Source: Octopus sinensis (Eukaryota). Taken from it: a stretch of 64,000 nucleotides of DNA. The first letter of the stretch is position 1; the number at the start of each line of letters is the position of its first letter. The stretch covers positions 5,580,001-5,644,000 of the forward strand of contig NC_043014.1 of the NCBI RefSeq assembly GCF_006345805.1. The letters run 5' to 3'. The notes beneath the pieces are model-generated. The model was not told where the DNA came from. It was given only the letters and a program-made list of their open reading frames with translations, and ran no database searches. The position numbers and the translations under genes are program-made. This document shows positions 50,667 through 63,593 of this stretch, one piece after another.

Positions 50667-50938
50667 ATAGAACATAACTGAATCCGTTTCAATTTGAAAA
50701 TGTATATGGGAAAATTGCATGTGATAATATCAAAGAAAAGTTTATAATTACGTAATTTTGTTTCATGATATTTTATTCAATTTATGCTTATGGTTAACAT
50801 AAGCAACATTATAGCTGTTTAAAATAGTATTCCAAACGAGAAGAGTATCTATCTAAAGCGAAGGATGCAAACCTCAATGAATGATTCTTGAAAAGCATTA
50901 TATAAGCTTTTGTTTATCTACATATATTTATATACTGA

Positions 50939-50944
50939 AATAAA
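50939..50944 (+). promoter_or_regulatory. Candidate polyA signal of gene B
   Basis: AATAAA about 270 nt after the stop, mirrored in gene A. Confidence 0.55.
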
Positions 50945-51174
50945 ATGATATCTAATTTTAAAAGACAGTGTCCTCTTTGTATAAATATATTACAAAACCC
51001 AACTAATATCATACATGCTATGTGTCATGCATAATCTCATAATTAAAAAAAGTGTTAATACTTGGAACGAATCGGATTCAGAGTAATACTAATACAGTGA
51101 GTGACCATTCTACCCACAATTCGGAAACAAAATACTCGATATCTCAAAAAATAAGTCCTCCCATCTGCTGGATG

Positions 51175-51412
51175 AGTACCTATTTCTTTATTACCCACAA
51201 GGGGCTAAACACAGAGGGGACAAACAAGGACAGACATAGGTATTAAATCGATTACATCGACCCCAGTGCGTAACTGGTACTTAATTTATCGACCCCGAAA
51301 GGATGAAAGGCAAAGTCGACCTCGGCGGAATTTGAACTCACAACGTAACGGCAGACGAAATACCGCTAAGCATTTCGATCGGCGTGCTAACGTTTCTGCC
51401 AGCTCGCCGCCT
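51175..51412 (-). mobile_element. SINE type B
   Basis: Full type B consensus. Confidence 0.9.
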
Positions 51413-51439
51413 TTTAATGCTGTATGAGTACCGCAAGAC

Positions 51440-51670
51440 TACCGCATTTATGTGGCGGCACGGCCCACGCACTAGAGAGTCCAGCGAAGCACAATGAAGA
51501 AAATATGCGTGAAAGAAATTGAGGAAGACCTGAAGTCGCACCGTTTCGACTTCAGGCAAGCTAAGGACAACGCCATGGGTCAAAAAGCGTCAAATAACAT
51601 CATCAGCAGTGTCCATCATACAGCGGTGCCCACAGCAGCATATTACTTGAGAGTACAGCTACCCATTCCG
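51440..51670 (+). mobile_element. RTE-like LINE 3' remnant (approx.)
   Basis: KEIEEDLKSHRFDFRQAKDNAM resembles the C-terminus of RTE ORF2. Confidence 0.45.
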
Positions 51671-52403
51671 GACGCCAGCTAGGGATCAAAAAGATGAACG
51701 TCCTGGAAGAATAGTGACAGAATCGAAATGTGCTTTAATTCGTTAGAATGTTTCATTAGAACATTCTAGCAATTTCTAGCTGCTAAGCAATGGAATGCTT
51801 AGCGGCTACAAATAGAGGATTTAAACAAAAAGACAAATTAAACAGCTTGGTTGGTGTTAAAGAAAGAGAGCTCATCACACACTACTTCTTTTGCGCCGTC
51901 CAATTTCGAAATATGTCCTACAGAAGATAACAATTTCATTTGGTTCTCGACCCGTGCTTCAAATCTAATGCAGAAACCTAGCGTATGTGTAGTATTGTCA
52001 TGAGATAATTCTAGGTAGTTTACCCTTGAAGAAACGCTATAACTGAGTCTACAAAATACTTGGCCTTGTAAGGAAATATGAAGACAAGCTTGAGAAAAGA
52101 TTCCAGTGAATCACACCCAGTAGTATCCCGGACAATAAATATTAATTAGTGAATATACAAGGTACAGTATACAAGAAATTATCAATATTCGAGATGGCTG
52201 GAGAAGAATCGATCTGTTTCAAACAATTCTTTATAAACGTTTGCTGATAAACACAGTGGGTTTCCTTTCTCTTTATTTCTGTGGCCCCTTACATGTTCTT
52301 CTAAAAAAGAAAGAATTAAACTCATACGGTATTTGAAAATTGTCACGAAAGTTTCTTTTTCTTAAGCAGTCAATACTTTTAAACTCCCCACAAAATGCCA
52401 TAC

Positions 52404-52593
52404 GTACTCTTTACTCTCTTTTACTTGTTTCAGTCATTTGATTGCGGCCATGCTGGAGCACCGCCTTTAGTCGAGCAAATCGACCCCGGGACTTATTCTT
52501 TGTAAGCCCGGTACTTATTCTATCGGTCTCTTTTGCCGAACTGCTAAGTGGCAGGGACGTAAACATGCCAGCATCGGTTGTCAAACAGACACA

Positions 52594-52692
<99 letters not shown>

Positions 52693-52856
52693 TACAACAG
52701 GCTTCTTTCAGTTTCCGTCTACCAAATCCACTCACAAGGCATTGGTCGGCCCGGGGCTATAGCAGAAGACACTTGCCCAAGATGAAAAGCAGTGGGATTG
52801 AACCCGGAACCATGTGGTTGTTAAGCAAGCTACTTACCACACAGCCACTCCTGCGC
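52404..52856 (-). mobile_element. SINE type A
   Basis: Full length. Confidence 0.92.
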
Positions 52857-53240
52857 CAAGAGTTGGAAGTAATTTTGTTGTTTCATTAAAAACTTAGCTT
52901 CCGGCACAATAGTACTTTTCACGTTCCATATTCCTGAATTTATCAGTGTAAACGAAACTCACATTCGCTTTCCTGTTTATCGTTATACTGTTTCTTCTCA
53001 TATTTCAAAAGTAGCACTTGTATATACAACTTGACGGTAAAATGTTAGAGTATTTGTATATATTGAACTGCTCCCCCCCCCCTCTAACCAGATCACTAGC
53101 AGTAACAGCTGCAGCAACGCTCAACTTAGCTGACAACTTCTTCCTCTGCGTCTCAGTTTCCCGTCCGTTTTCTTAAGATATTATGTAAACTTCATTTCCG
53201 CTTTAGAAAACCAAAAATCTAATTTTTATAAATAAGAAAT

Positions 53241-53601
53241 AGGCGCAGGAGTGGCTGTGTGGTAAGTAGCTTGCTTACCAACCACATGGTTCCGGGCTCA
53301 GTCCCACTGTGTGGCATCTTGGGTAAGTGTCTTCTGCTATAGCCCCGGGTCGACCAATGCCTTGTGAGTGGATTTGGTAGATGGAAACTGAAAGAAGCCT
53401 GACGTATATATGTATATATATATATACATATTTATAGGCGCAGGAGTGGCTGTGTGGTAAGTAGCTTGCTTAACAACCATATGGTTCCGGGTTCAGTCCC
53501 ACTGTGTGACATCTTGGGCAAGTGTCTTCTGCTATAGCCCCGGGCCAACCAATGCCTTGTGAGTTGATTTGGTAGACGGAAACTGAAAGAAGCCTGACGT
53601 A

Positions 53602-53646
<45 letters not shown>

Positions 53647-53878
53647 ATATGTTTGTGTGTCTGTGTTTGTCCCCCTAGCATTGCTTGACAACCGATGCCG
53701 GTGTGTTTATGTCCCCGTCACTTAGCGGTTCGGCAAAAAAGAGACCGATAGAATAAGTACTGGGCTTACAAAAGAATAAGTCTCGGGGTCGAGTTGCTCG
53801 ACTAAAGGCGGGTGCTCCAGTATGGCCGCAGTCAAATGACTGAAACAAGTAAAAGAGTAAAAAGAGTAAAAAGAGTAT
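53241..53878 (+). mobile_element. SINE type A with a tandemly duplicated 5' half
   Basis: Heads at 53241 and 53437. Confidence 0.9.
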
Positions 53879-54124
53879 ACTTTGTGCAATATACTGATAT
53901 TTTCAAATGTAATAAAATTACGAAATGACACATTTTTTTATACGGTGTGGTAATTAACATCATTAAATCTAATTATCAATTCACCAAAATGTGGGTTTTC
54001 TGGGTCAGAAATTCACTGTTTACTACACTCAATAAGATTCAGCAGTCCGATTGGTTACTTATTAACGCTGCTTTTGTCAGTTCATATAAACTAGTCTTCG
54101 AGTTTAATGAGGTTTTATTTTAGA

Positions 54125-54521
54125 CTAGCAGTATCGCCCGGCGTTGCTCGGGTTTGTAAGGGAAATAACTATAAAGCATTTTTAGAGAGTTATAGCCCAA
54201 AAGTAGCAAAAAATGCATTAAAAATGGAAAAAAAATTATGGTAAATGTTTTTTTTTTAATCGTTGACTCATCGTAGACATTTTTAGAGAGTTACTTCCCT
54301 TATATTTAAAAAAATATGCCTTAAAATGGAAAAAAAATGATGGTAAATTATTTTTAAAATCGTAGACTCATCGTAGACGCGCGCTAATACCCAGAAAGGC
54401 TCGATATGAATCACGACTATAAGATACCCGCTTTTGGTTAAACTGCATCGCAAAATGTGGGAGTAATTAGGAATCTAAATCGGAGTAGACAGACACACAA
54501 CCTTTCTTTTATATATAAAGA
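54125..54521 (-). mobile_element. Non-autonomous Helitron H1
   Basis: CTAG, hairpin and TC termini. Confidence 0.85.
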
Positions 54522-54757
54522 TTTAACAATTCTTAAATATTTACAGTAGAGCATCTTGTGTTGAATTATACCCACATAATCCTGCAAAGAACTGCTGGAG
54601 TACCACGTTGAAACTGAATATTCTAACCAGGTAAAGGCTCTTTTTCATCTCAGGCGTATTCTTGGCATACAGTGTGTAATTTTAGTATTTCTGTTTCTGA
54701 ACCAGTGAGATATCTTCAAGGCTTTCTTAACATGCATGACAAGAGAGTTATAGAAAA

Positions 54758-55055
54758 CTAGCAGTATCGCCCGGCGTTGCTCTGGTTTGTAAGGGAAATA
54801 ACTATATAAGCATTTTAGAGAGTTACTTCCCTTATATAAAACCGAGTAAAAAATGCATTAAAAATAAGAAAAAATGATGGTAATTTTTTTTAAATCGTAG
54901 ATTCATAGTAGACGCGCGCTAATACCCAGAAGGGCTCGATATGAATCACGACTATAAGATAGTTTGGTTAAACTGCACCACAAAATGTGGGAGTAGTTAG
55001 GAATCTAAATCGGAGTAGACAGACTCTCACACAACTTCAGTTTTATATATAAAGA
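54758..55055 (-). mobile_element. Non-autonomous Helitron H1
   Basis: CTAG, hairpin and TC termini. Confidence 0.85.
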
Positions 55056-55059
55056 TATA

Positions 55060-55560
55060 AACATCACAGAGGGGCTTTCCCTTCGGAATATAATTCTGAG
55101 ACACTGCTTTTCATCGCTCCTTGTATTTAACTTGAAGATGGTGGCCCACGATGAAGTCATGAAAGCTATGATTTTGACTATGCTCACTGGAACTTTACCA
55201 AGTTGAAGGGGTTCTAGCATCCATTGAAACTATTTACCTTTTACGCATCCGCACCTCTGACATTACAGTTTTGTTTATTAACAGGTGCTCGGTAATCCCT
55301 TGACACCCTTTTGTTCTGCTGTGATGATGTTATTACTTCCACAATGTTCTTGGAGGAAGAAGTTTAAACATGTATATATTTTATACATTATGTTCTGATG
55401 GCATGCAACTGGTCGGTTGTTTTTGCCTTGTAGGTGGTTCGGCTTTTGAGGAGCAGTTTTGTCTTTGCCGAAGCTAAACAGTGTGGTATGCTACTACTCC
55501 CATTGAAAGCTTAATGGTACAGGTTGACAAAATATGGTCGATAGAAGGTTAGGTTCTTGT
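55060..55560 (-). mobile_element. Degraded non-LTR reverse transcriptase remnant (R4/Dong-like; approx.)
   Basis: GKTKLLLK and LQLGKVPVSIVKIIAFMTSSWATIFKL..IIFRRESPS resemble the RT segment leading to the GIFQGDSLSP motif. Confidence 0.45.
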
Positions 55561-55639
55561 ACCAGTATCAATCAATCAAGTCTCTTCCAGACGCTTTTTT
55601 CATTCTGAAATTCCTGGATTATAGTCACAAATGTATCGC

Positions 55640-56010
55640 TATCAATGCTGTATGTCTGGAGTGGGATGTAATGAAGGGACTGTCATTATCGTTAGGCCTA
55701 ACTCATCGCCAAGTCAATACCACCATGACCGATATCCAAGCTACAGTGGAGAAGGCTAGCCACTGGATTTGGTTAAAAAGGGACGATGTACAATGGCTAG
55801 AAGAATATTGAGCTTTATCTGATAACCAGCTGATCTAGCAAGCGGGGCTTCATATCAGTGAGTGGGGCCGGTGCACATTGATGCCGTCGAGAGGTAGGCC
55901 CCGAAACGGCGCGCATTCTCTCCTGATGACCACATACACTTGCTGGCTTCCGGTATGCGGAGTTTTTGACTGAAAGCACTTGCATGTGCAAGTTGTTTGC
56001 AAGACGTGTC
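55640..56010 (+). mobile_element. 3' end and UTR of a REL-endonuclease (NeSL/HERO-like) LINE (approx.)
   Basis: LGLTHRQVNTTMTDIQATVEKASHWIWLKR C-terminus, then a structured UTR; copies at 8.9, 57.8 and 62.3 kb. Confidence 0.6.
55835..55946 (+). ncRNA. Permuted hammerhead-like motif in a LINE 3' UTR
   Basis: gccGUC (55883-55888) pairs with GAAACggc (55903-55910); gagag/ctctc forms stem I before CUGAUGA (55923-55929); ggggcc/ggcccc precedes GAAAC. The segment order is non-canonical. Confidence 0.45.
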
Positions 56011-56289
56011 TGGAGTGGGGTGTAATGAAGGGACAGTGGTCATTTCGAATGTCTATCAGCCACATACGTTTCAGTGAAACTCCACCTTGCTCCAGATTTT
56101 CCTTCGGGAAAAGTCTGTTTTTTCGCGAAGGAGCTTTTATGATATGTTTTACTTCTTCTTCTCTCGTGTCTCTCTACACTGCTGCCGGGTTGCGGTTAAA
56201 TGTTTTGTTTATTCTTTTTCTTTCGGTTATTCCCACTGACAGCATTTAGCTCCTGCTTGAGGGCGATCAGTTTGCGACTGAGTGATCTC

Positions 56290-56789
56290 TTCCTGCTATG
56301 CATGCATGTATGAATGTATGTATGTGTGTATGTATGTGTGTATGTATTATGTATGTATGTATGTTTGCATGTATGTATATATGTACGTATGTATGTATGT
56401 ATGTATGTATGTATGTGTGTATGTGTCATGTATGTACGTATGTATGTATGTACGGATGTATGTATGTGTGTATGTATGTATGTATGTATGTATGTATGTA
56501 TGTATGTATGTATGTGTATGTATTATGTATGTGTGTATGTATGCATGTACGTATGTATGTGTGTATGTATGTATGTTCGTATGTATGCATGCATGTATGT
56601 ATGTATTATGTATGTATGTGTGTTTGTATGTATGTATTTACCTACGTATGTATGTATGTATGTATGTATGTATGTATGTGTGTATGTATGTATGTACGTA
56701 TGTATGTATGTGTGTATGTATGGTTGTATGTATGTATGTATTATGTGTGTGTGTATGTATGTATGTATGTATGTGTGTATTTACGCACG

Positions 56790-56820
<31 letters not shown>

Positions 56821-57110
56821 TGTATGTATTATGTATGTTTGTATGTATGTATGTGTGTATGTATGTGTTTGTGTATGTATGTATGTATGTATGTATGTAT
56901 GTATGTATGTGTGTGTGTATGCATGTATGTGTATGTATGTATGGATTATGCTTATCTGTATGTACGTATGTATGTATGTTTGTATGTATTATGTATGTGC
57001 GTATGTATGTATGTACGTACGTATGTATGTATGTATGTATGTATGTATGTATGTATGTATGTATGTATGTGTGTATGTATGTATGTATGTATGTATGTAT
57101 GTATTCATGC
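56290..57110. repeat. (TATG)n degenerate array
   Basis: Seen directly; a longer version is at 62750-63970. Confidence 0.92.
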
Positions 57111-57130
57111 ATGCATATATGTGTATATAT

Positions 57131-57362
57131 ATTTCTTTACCACCCACAAGGGGCTTAACATAGAGGGGACAAACAAGGACAGACAAAAGGATTAAGTCGA
57201 TTACATCGACCCGAGTGCGAAACTGCTACTTTATTTATCGACGCGAAAGGATGAAAGGCAAAGTCGACCTCGGCGGAATTTGAACTCAGAAACGTAACGA
57301 CAGACGAAATACCGCTAAGCATTTCGCCTGGCGCGCTAACCACTCTGCCAGCTCGCCGCCTT
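57131..57362 (-). mobile_element. SINE type B
   Basis: Full type B consensus. Confidence 0.9.
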
Positions 57363-57719
57363 TATGTATATGTGTATATACTTATACGTATGTATCTGTT
57401 TATGTATATACGTATATCGCTTCCACAACGATATTCTCACAGTCGAATATTTTAATTAGATTAACAGAAGTAATTTAATTATCTGAAAATTTGTTTAATA
57501 AATTGTTATGAACAAACCAATATTAATAGGCGGTTGCAGAACGTTTGGTGTACAAAGAAAGTAGCTCTCTCAATGAGTATTAAATGTTTTCAAGAAATAA
57601 CAAATTAAATAAATACAAAATTAAGCAAGAAAATAAATCTTAATCCCCTAACAAACTGGGATATTTAATAATTTTACGGGTTTCTGCCTTTGTCATTAAA
57701 GTATTTCTGTAAATGTCTT

Positions 57720-57870
57720 TCAAACAACTTGCACATACAAGTGCTACCAGTTAAAAGCTCCGTATACCGGAAGCTAGCAAGTGTATGGGGTCATCAGGAG
57801 AGAATGCGCGCCGTGTCGGGGCCTACCTCTCGACGGCATCAATGCGCACCGGCCCCACTCACTGATATGT
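57720..57870 (-). mobile_element. 3' UTR fragment of the same REL-type LINE (approx.)
   Basis: Reverse complement of about 55850-56010. Confidence 0.65.
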
Positions 57871-58132
57871 AATTATTTTGTGTCTGCACCGAATCACAAC
57901 CACCTTTCATTCATAAATCTACACCCACACTTCTGATTATAGAAATATCATTGGTTTATGATTAAATTTTCGTCAAGGCTAGGTTATGGTGGGTTGAATA
58001 TAAATTGAATATATGAATATTGTAAATTGAATGTATACAGAAAGTCAGTAACAAACCTCCAGCTTAGATCTATCCTAAATTTATTGTTAAACCAACACAA
58101 ATATCGCATACAAGGAACGTCTATACATCCCA

Positions 58133-58276
58133 ATGGATTTCGCAAAACTGGCCAGGAATATTTCGCAACGTTTATCCATGTCTTCACTCATAGCTTTTGG
58201 AATACTGCTCATTCTGACCATAACGATTCTTAACCAAGATTTAAGAATGAGGAAAATGGAAGAGAAATCAGAACAA
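58133..58276 (+). CDS. Exon 1 of a further paralog, gene C (MDFAKLARNISQRLSMSSLIAFGILLILTITILNQDLRMRKMEEKSEQ); remaining exons not in the window
   Basis: Same 48-codon length, same gtgagt donor, mostly conservative substitutions relative to A/B, and a homologous 5' UTR (ctccagcttagatcta...). Confidence 0.82.
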
Positions 58277-58489
58277 GTGAGTAGAGAAATTTGTATATAC
58301 TTGTGTGTGGAATTTTCCTGTCTTTCAGTTTTTGGTGGGTATATAACATACACCGATATACACAATTTTGTATATATTTCCAAAAAAAACAATAAATGCA
58401 AACAGCAAACAACAAAAAGCAAACATACATATACACGTACAGACATACAGACATACATACTTATATGAGTAGCACAATCCTGTATATTG

Positions 58490-59010
58490 TGACCCCCTTT
58501 CGGTCATGAATGACCATGGGGCTGTATCTAGAAAGTTACCCCCCTCCGAGGCACAATTCCGGGAAAGGTTGTTTCTGGAAGACCCGCGTTGCCCATGCAT
58601 ACCAGCCTCTCCTCACCACACCACCACCGATGGTATCCAAGGGAAAGGCAAAGGGGCCGATACAGCTTGGCACTAGTGTCGTGGCGGCTCATTTTAAACG
58701 TGCAAGTGGCTGAGTACTCCACAGACACGTATACCGTTAACGTACTACTTCTCGGGGAGATTCAGCATGACACAGAGTGTGACAAGGCTGGCCCTTTGAA
58801 ATACGGTAGAACAGAAAACAGGAAGAAGGAGTGAGAGAAAGTTGTGGTGAAAGAGTACAGCAGGGTTCACCAACACCTCCTGCCGGAGCCTCGTGTAGTT
58901 TTAGGTTTTTTCGCTCAATAAACACTCACAATGCTCTGTCTGGGAATTGAAACCGCGATCCTACAACCGCGAGTCGCTGCTCTAACCACTGTGTGCCATT
59001 GCGCCTCCTC
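58490..59010 (-). mobile_element. Composite: type C SINE 5' part joined to a type D SINE 3' part (approx.)
   Basis: Type C at 58690-59010 and a type D tail at 58490-58685. Confidence 0.75.
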
Positions 59011-59043
59011 AGTCCTGTATGTATGTATATATATTATATATAT

Positions 59044-59106
<63 letters not shown>

Positions 59107-59305
59107 TGGTTGTGTGTATGTGTGTGTGTGTGTGTGTGCGTGTGTATCTGTGTATGTATATTGTGTCCACAGGACATGATTAACGCTTTATCTTACAGAG
59201 CCCATATATGTCGTTCACTACTGAGAATCCATCATGTACATATATATATACATATATACACGGGTATATATATGTATATATGTATATAGGTATTATATAT
59301 ATATA

Positions 59306-59360
<55 letters not shown>

Positions 59361-59890
59361 CCAAAATATCCCGATTGACGAAACAAAGAAAGGACGGGTC
59401 ATTCGAATTTTCTATCTTCAGTCAGAACCAGGTTATCCTAGCAATTTCGGCTGGTGGTATACTCGAAATTGCTCTAATCTTGACAGCCCAAGTTAAAACT
59501 AAGCTAAGAGCATTACATTACATGGAAGAAATCAGCGAATGTATACAAAAACAAAGAGGGAAAAAATGGACAATGTTACACCAATATAAATACAATAACA
59601 AATACAATATGAATGATAAAAGGACATAACAACAGGTGTCTTTCGACTAAGGACGAATGATTAAGCTGGCGCGTGTGGAAATGAAGCTTTACATATATAT
59701 ACACACATATATGTATATATATATGTATGTGTATATATATATATAATATATATTATAATATATATATATATATAGTTATATACGTTATACATATACACAC
59801 ACAGAAGATATGCATAAATATACATATATATATATATACATACACATATACATTATATACACATATCTACTTATTTATATATATATATTG

Positions 59891-59923
<33 letters not shown>

Positions 59924-59989
59924 TATAATATATATATTATAATGTATATATATATATGTAATAATATATTATATTTGTATGTATATATT

Positions 59990-60155
59990 TTCCTTATTGC
60001 CCACAAGGGGCTAAATATAGAGGGGAAAACTAGGACACGTCAGAGGATTAAGTCAATTACATCGACCCCAGTGCGTAACTGGTACTTTATTTATCAAACC
60101 TTGAAAGGAAACATAACGGCAGACGAAATACCGCAAAGCATTCGCCCGCGCGCTG
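59990..60155 (-). mobile_element. Partial SINE type B at the duplication junction (approx.)
   Basis: Type B core with indels. Confidence 0.7.
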
Positions 60156-60596
60156 GCGTCTCTGATGCTGTTGTGTTTACGTCCCCGTCAATTAGCGGTT
60201 CTGCAAAAGAGACCGATAGAATAAGTACTGCGCTTACAAAGAATAAGTCTCGGGGTCGAGTTGCTCGACTAAAGCGGCGGTGCTCCAGTATGGCCGCAGT
60301 CAATGACTGAAACAAGTAAAAGAGTAAAAAGAGTAAAAAGAGTATACTTTGTGCATATACTGATCTTTTTCAAATGTAATAAAATTACGAAATGACCATT
60401 TTTTTATACGGTGTGGTAATTAACATCATTAAATCTAATTATCAATTCACCAAAATGTGGGTTTTCTGGTTCAGAAATTCACTGTTTACTACACCACCTC
60501 ATAAGATTCAGCAGTCCGATTGGTTACTTATTAACGCTGCTGCTTTTGTCAGTTCATATAAACTAGTCTTCGAGTTTAATGAGGTTTTATTTTAGA

Positions 60597-60991
60597 CTAG
60601 CAGTATCGCCCGGTTGCTCGGGTTTGTAAGGGAAATAACTATCAGCATTTTTAGAGAGTTATAGCCCAAAGTAGCAAAAAATGCATTAAAATGGAAAAAA
60701 AATATGGTAAATGTTTTTTTTTTTAATCGTTGAACTCATCGTAGACATTTTTAGAGAGTTACTTTCCCTTATATTTAAAAAAATATGCCTTAAAATGGAA
60801 AAAAATGATGGTAAATTATTTTTAAAATCGTAGACTCATCGTAGACGCGCGCTAATACCCAGAAGGGCTCGATATGAATCACGACTATAAGATACCCGCT
60901 TTTGGTTAAACTGCATCGCAAAATGTGGGAGTAATTATTGAATCTAAATCGGAGTAGACAGCACACACAACCTTTCTTTTATATATAAAGA
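60597..60991 (-). mobile_element. Helitron H1 (duplicate of 54125-54521)
   Basis: Lies within the direct duplication. Confidence 0.8.
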
Positions 60992-61225
60992 TTTAAAACA
61001 TTCTTAAATATTTACAGTAGAGCATCTTGTGTTGAATTATACCCACATAATCCTGCAAAGAACTGCTGGAGTACCACGTTGAAACTGAATATTCTAACCA
61101 GGTAAGGCTCTTTTTCATCTCATGGCGTATTCTTGGCATACAGTGTGTAATTTTAGTATTTCTGTTTCTGACCAGTGAGATATCTTCAAGGCTTTCGTAA
61201 CATGCATGACAAGAAGTTTAGAAAA

Positions 61226-61515
61226 CTAGCAGTATCGCCCGGCGTTGCTCTGGTTTGTAAGGGAAATAACTATATAAGCATTTTAGAGAGTTACTTCCCT
61301 TATATAAACCGAGTAAAAATGCATTAAAAATAAGAAAAATGATGGTAATTTTTTTTAATCGTAGATTCATAGTAGACGCGCGCTAATACCCAGAAGGCTC
61401 GATATGAATCACGACTATAAGATAGTTGGTTAAACTGCACCACAAAATGTGGGAGTAGTTAGGAATCTAAATCGGAGTAGACAGACTCTCACACAACTTC
61501 AGTTTTATATATAAA
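61226..61515 (-). mobile_element. Helitron H1 (duplicate of 54758-55055)
   Basis: Lies within the direct duplication. Confidence 0.8.
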
Positions 61516-63562
61516 ATATAAACATCACAGAGGGGCTTTCCCCTTCGGAATATAATTCTGAGACACTGCTTTTTCAATCGCTCCTTGTATTTACTTGAAG
61601 ATGGTGGCCCACGATGAAGTCATGAAAGCTATGATTTTGACTATGCTCACTGGAACTTTACCAAGTTGAAGGGGTTCTAGCATCCATTGAAACTAGTTAC
61701 CTTTTACGCCATCCGCACCTCTGACATTACAGTTTTGTTTATTAACAGGTGCTCGGTAATCCCTTGACACCCTTTTGTGCTGCTGTGATAATGTTATTAC
61801 TTCCACAATGTCTTGGAGGAAGAAGTTTAAACATGTATATTTTTTATACATTATGTTCTGATGGCATGCAACTGTCGTTTGTTTTTGCCTTGTAGGTGTT
61901 CGGCTTTTGAGGAGCCAGTTTTGTCTTTGCCGAAGCTAAAACAGTGTGTATGCTACTACTCCCATTGAAAGCTTAATGGTACAGGTTGACAAAATATGGT
62001 CGATAGAAGTTAGGTTCTTGTACCAGTATAATCAATCAAGTCTCTTCCAGACGCTTTTTTCATTCTGAAATCCTGGATTATAGTCACAAATGTATCGCTA
62101 TCAATGCTGTATGTCTGGAGTGGGATGTAATGAAGGACTGTCATATCGTTAGGCCTAACTCATCGCCAGTCAATACCACCATGACCGATATCCAAGCTAC
62201 AGTGGAGAAGGCTAGCCACTGGATTTGGTTAAAAAGGGACATGTACAATGGCTAGAATAATATTGAGCTTTATCTGATAACCAGCTGATCTAGCAAGCGG
62301 GGCTCATATCAGTGAGTGGGCCGGTGCACATTGATGCCGTCGAGAGGTAGGCCCCGAAACGGCGCGCATTCTCTCCTGATGACCACATACACTTGCTGGC
62401 TTCCGGTATGCGGAGTTTTTGACTGAAAGCACTTGCATGTGCAAGTTGTTTGCAAGACATGTCTGGAGTGGGGTGTAATGAAGGGACAGTGATCATTTCG
62501 AATGTCTATCAGCCACATACGTTTCAGTGAAACTCCACCTTGCTCCAGATTTTCCTTCGGGAAAAGTCTGTTTTTTCGCGAAGGAGCTTTTATGATATGT
62601 TTTACTTCTTCTTCTCTCGTGTCTCTCTACACTGCTGCCGGGTTGCGGTTAAATGTTTTGTTTATTCTTTTTCTTTCGGTTATTCCCACTGACAGCATTT
62701 AGCTCCTGCTTGAGGGCGATCAGTTTGCGACTGAGTGATCTCTTCCTACTATGCATGCATGTATGAATGTATGTATGTGTGTATGTATGTGTGTATGTAT
62801 TATGTATGTGTGTATGTATGTATGTATGTATGTTTGCATGTATGTATATATGTACGTATGTATGTATGTATGTATGTATGTATGTGTGTATGTGTCATGT
62901 ATGTACGTATGTATGTATGTACGGATGTATGTATGTGTGTATGTATGTATGTATGTACGTATGTATGTATGTATGTATGTATGTGTGTATGTATGTATGT
63001 ATGTATGTGTGTATGTGTGTATGTATGTACGTACGTACGTATGTATGTATGTATGTACGTATGTATGTGTGTGTATATGTATTATGTATGTGTGTATGTA
63101 TGTATGTACGTACGTATGTATGTATGTGTGTATATATTACGTATGTATGTATGTATGTATGTATGTACGTATGTATGTATGTCTGTATGTATGTATGTAT
63201 GTATGTATGTATGTATGTATGTATGTATGTGTGTATGTATTATGTATGTGTGTATGTATGCATGTACGTATGTACGTGTGTATGTATGTATGTTCGTATG
63301 TATGCATGCATGTATGTATGTATTATGTATGTATGTGTGTTTGTATGTATGTATTTACCTACGTATGTATGTATGTATGTATGTATGTATGTATGTATGT
63401 ATGTATGTATGTATGTGTGTATGTATGTATGTACGTATGTATGTGTGTATGTATGTATGTATGTACGTATGTATGTATGTATGTGTGTATGTATGGTTGT
63501 ATGTATGTATGTATTATGTGTGTGTGTATGTATGTATGTATGTATGTGTGTATTTACGCACG

Positions 63563-63593
<31 letters not shown>

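Noticed and set aside
55850-57870. Inverted repeat 55850-56010 versus 57720-57870 as transposon TIRs
   Set aside because: Both are copies of the same LINE 3' UTR in opposite orientation; no TSD or terminal motif.
59385-59440. Minus-strand CUGAAGA...GAAU hammerhead-like words
   Set aside because: GAAA is broken and no convincing stems could be drawn.
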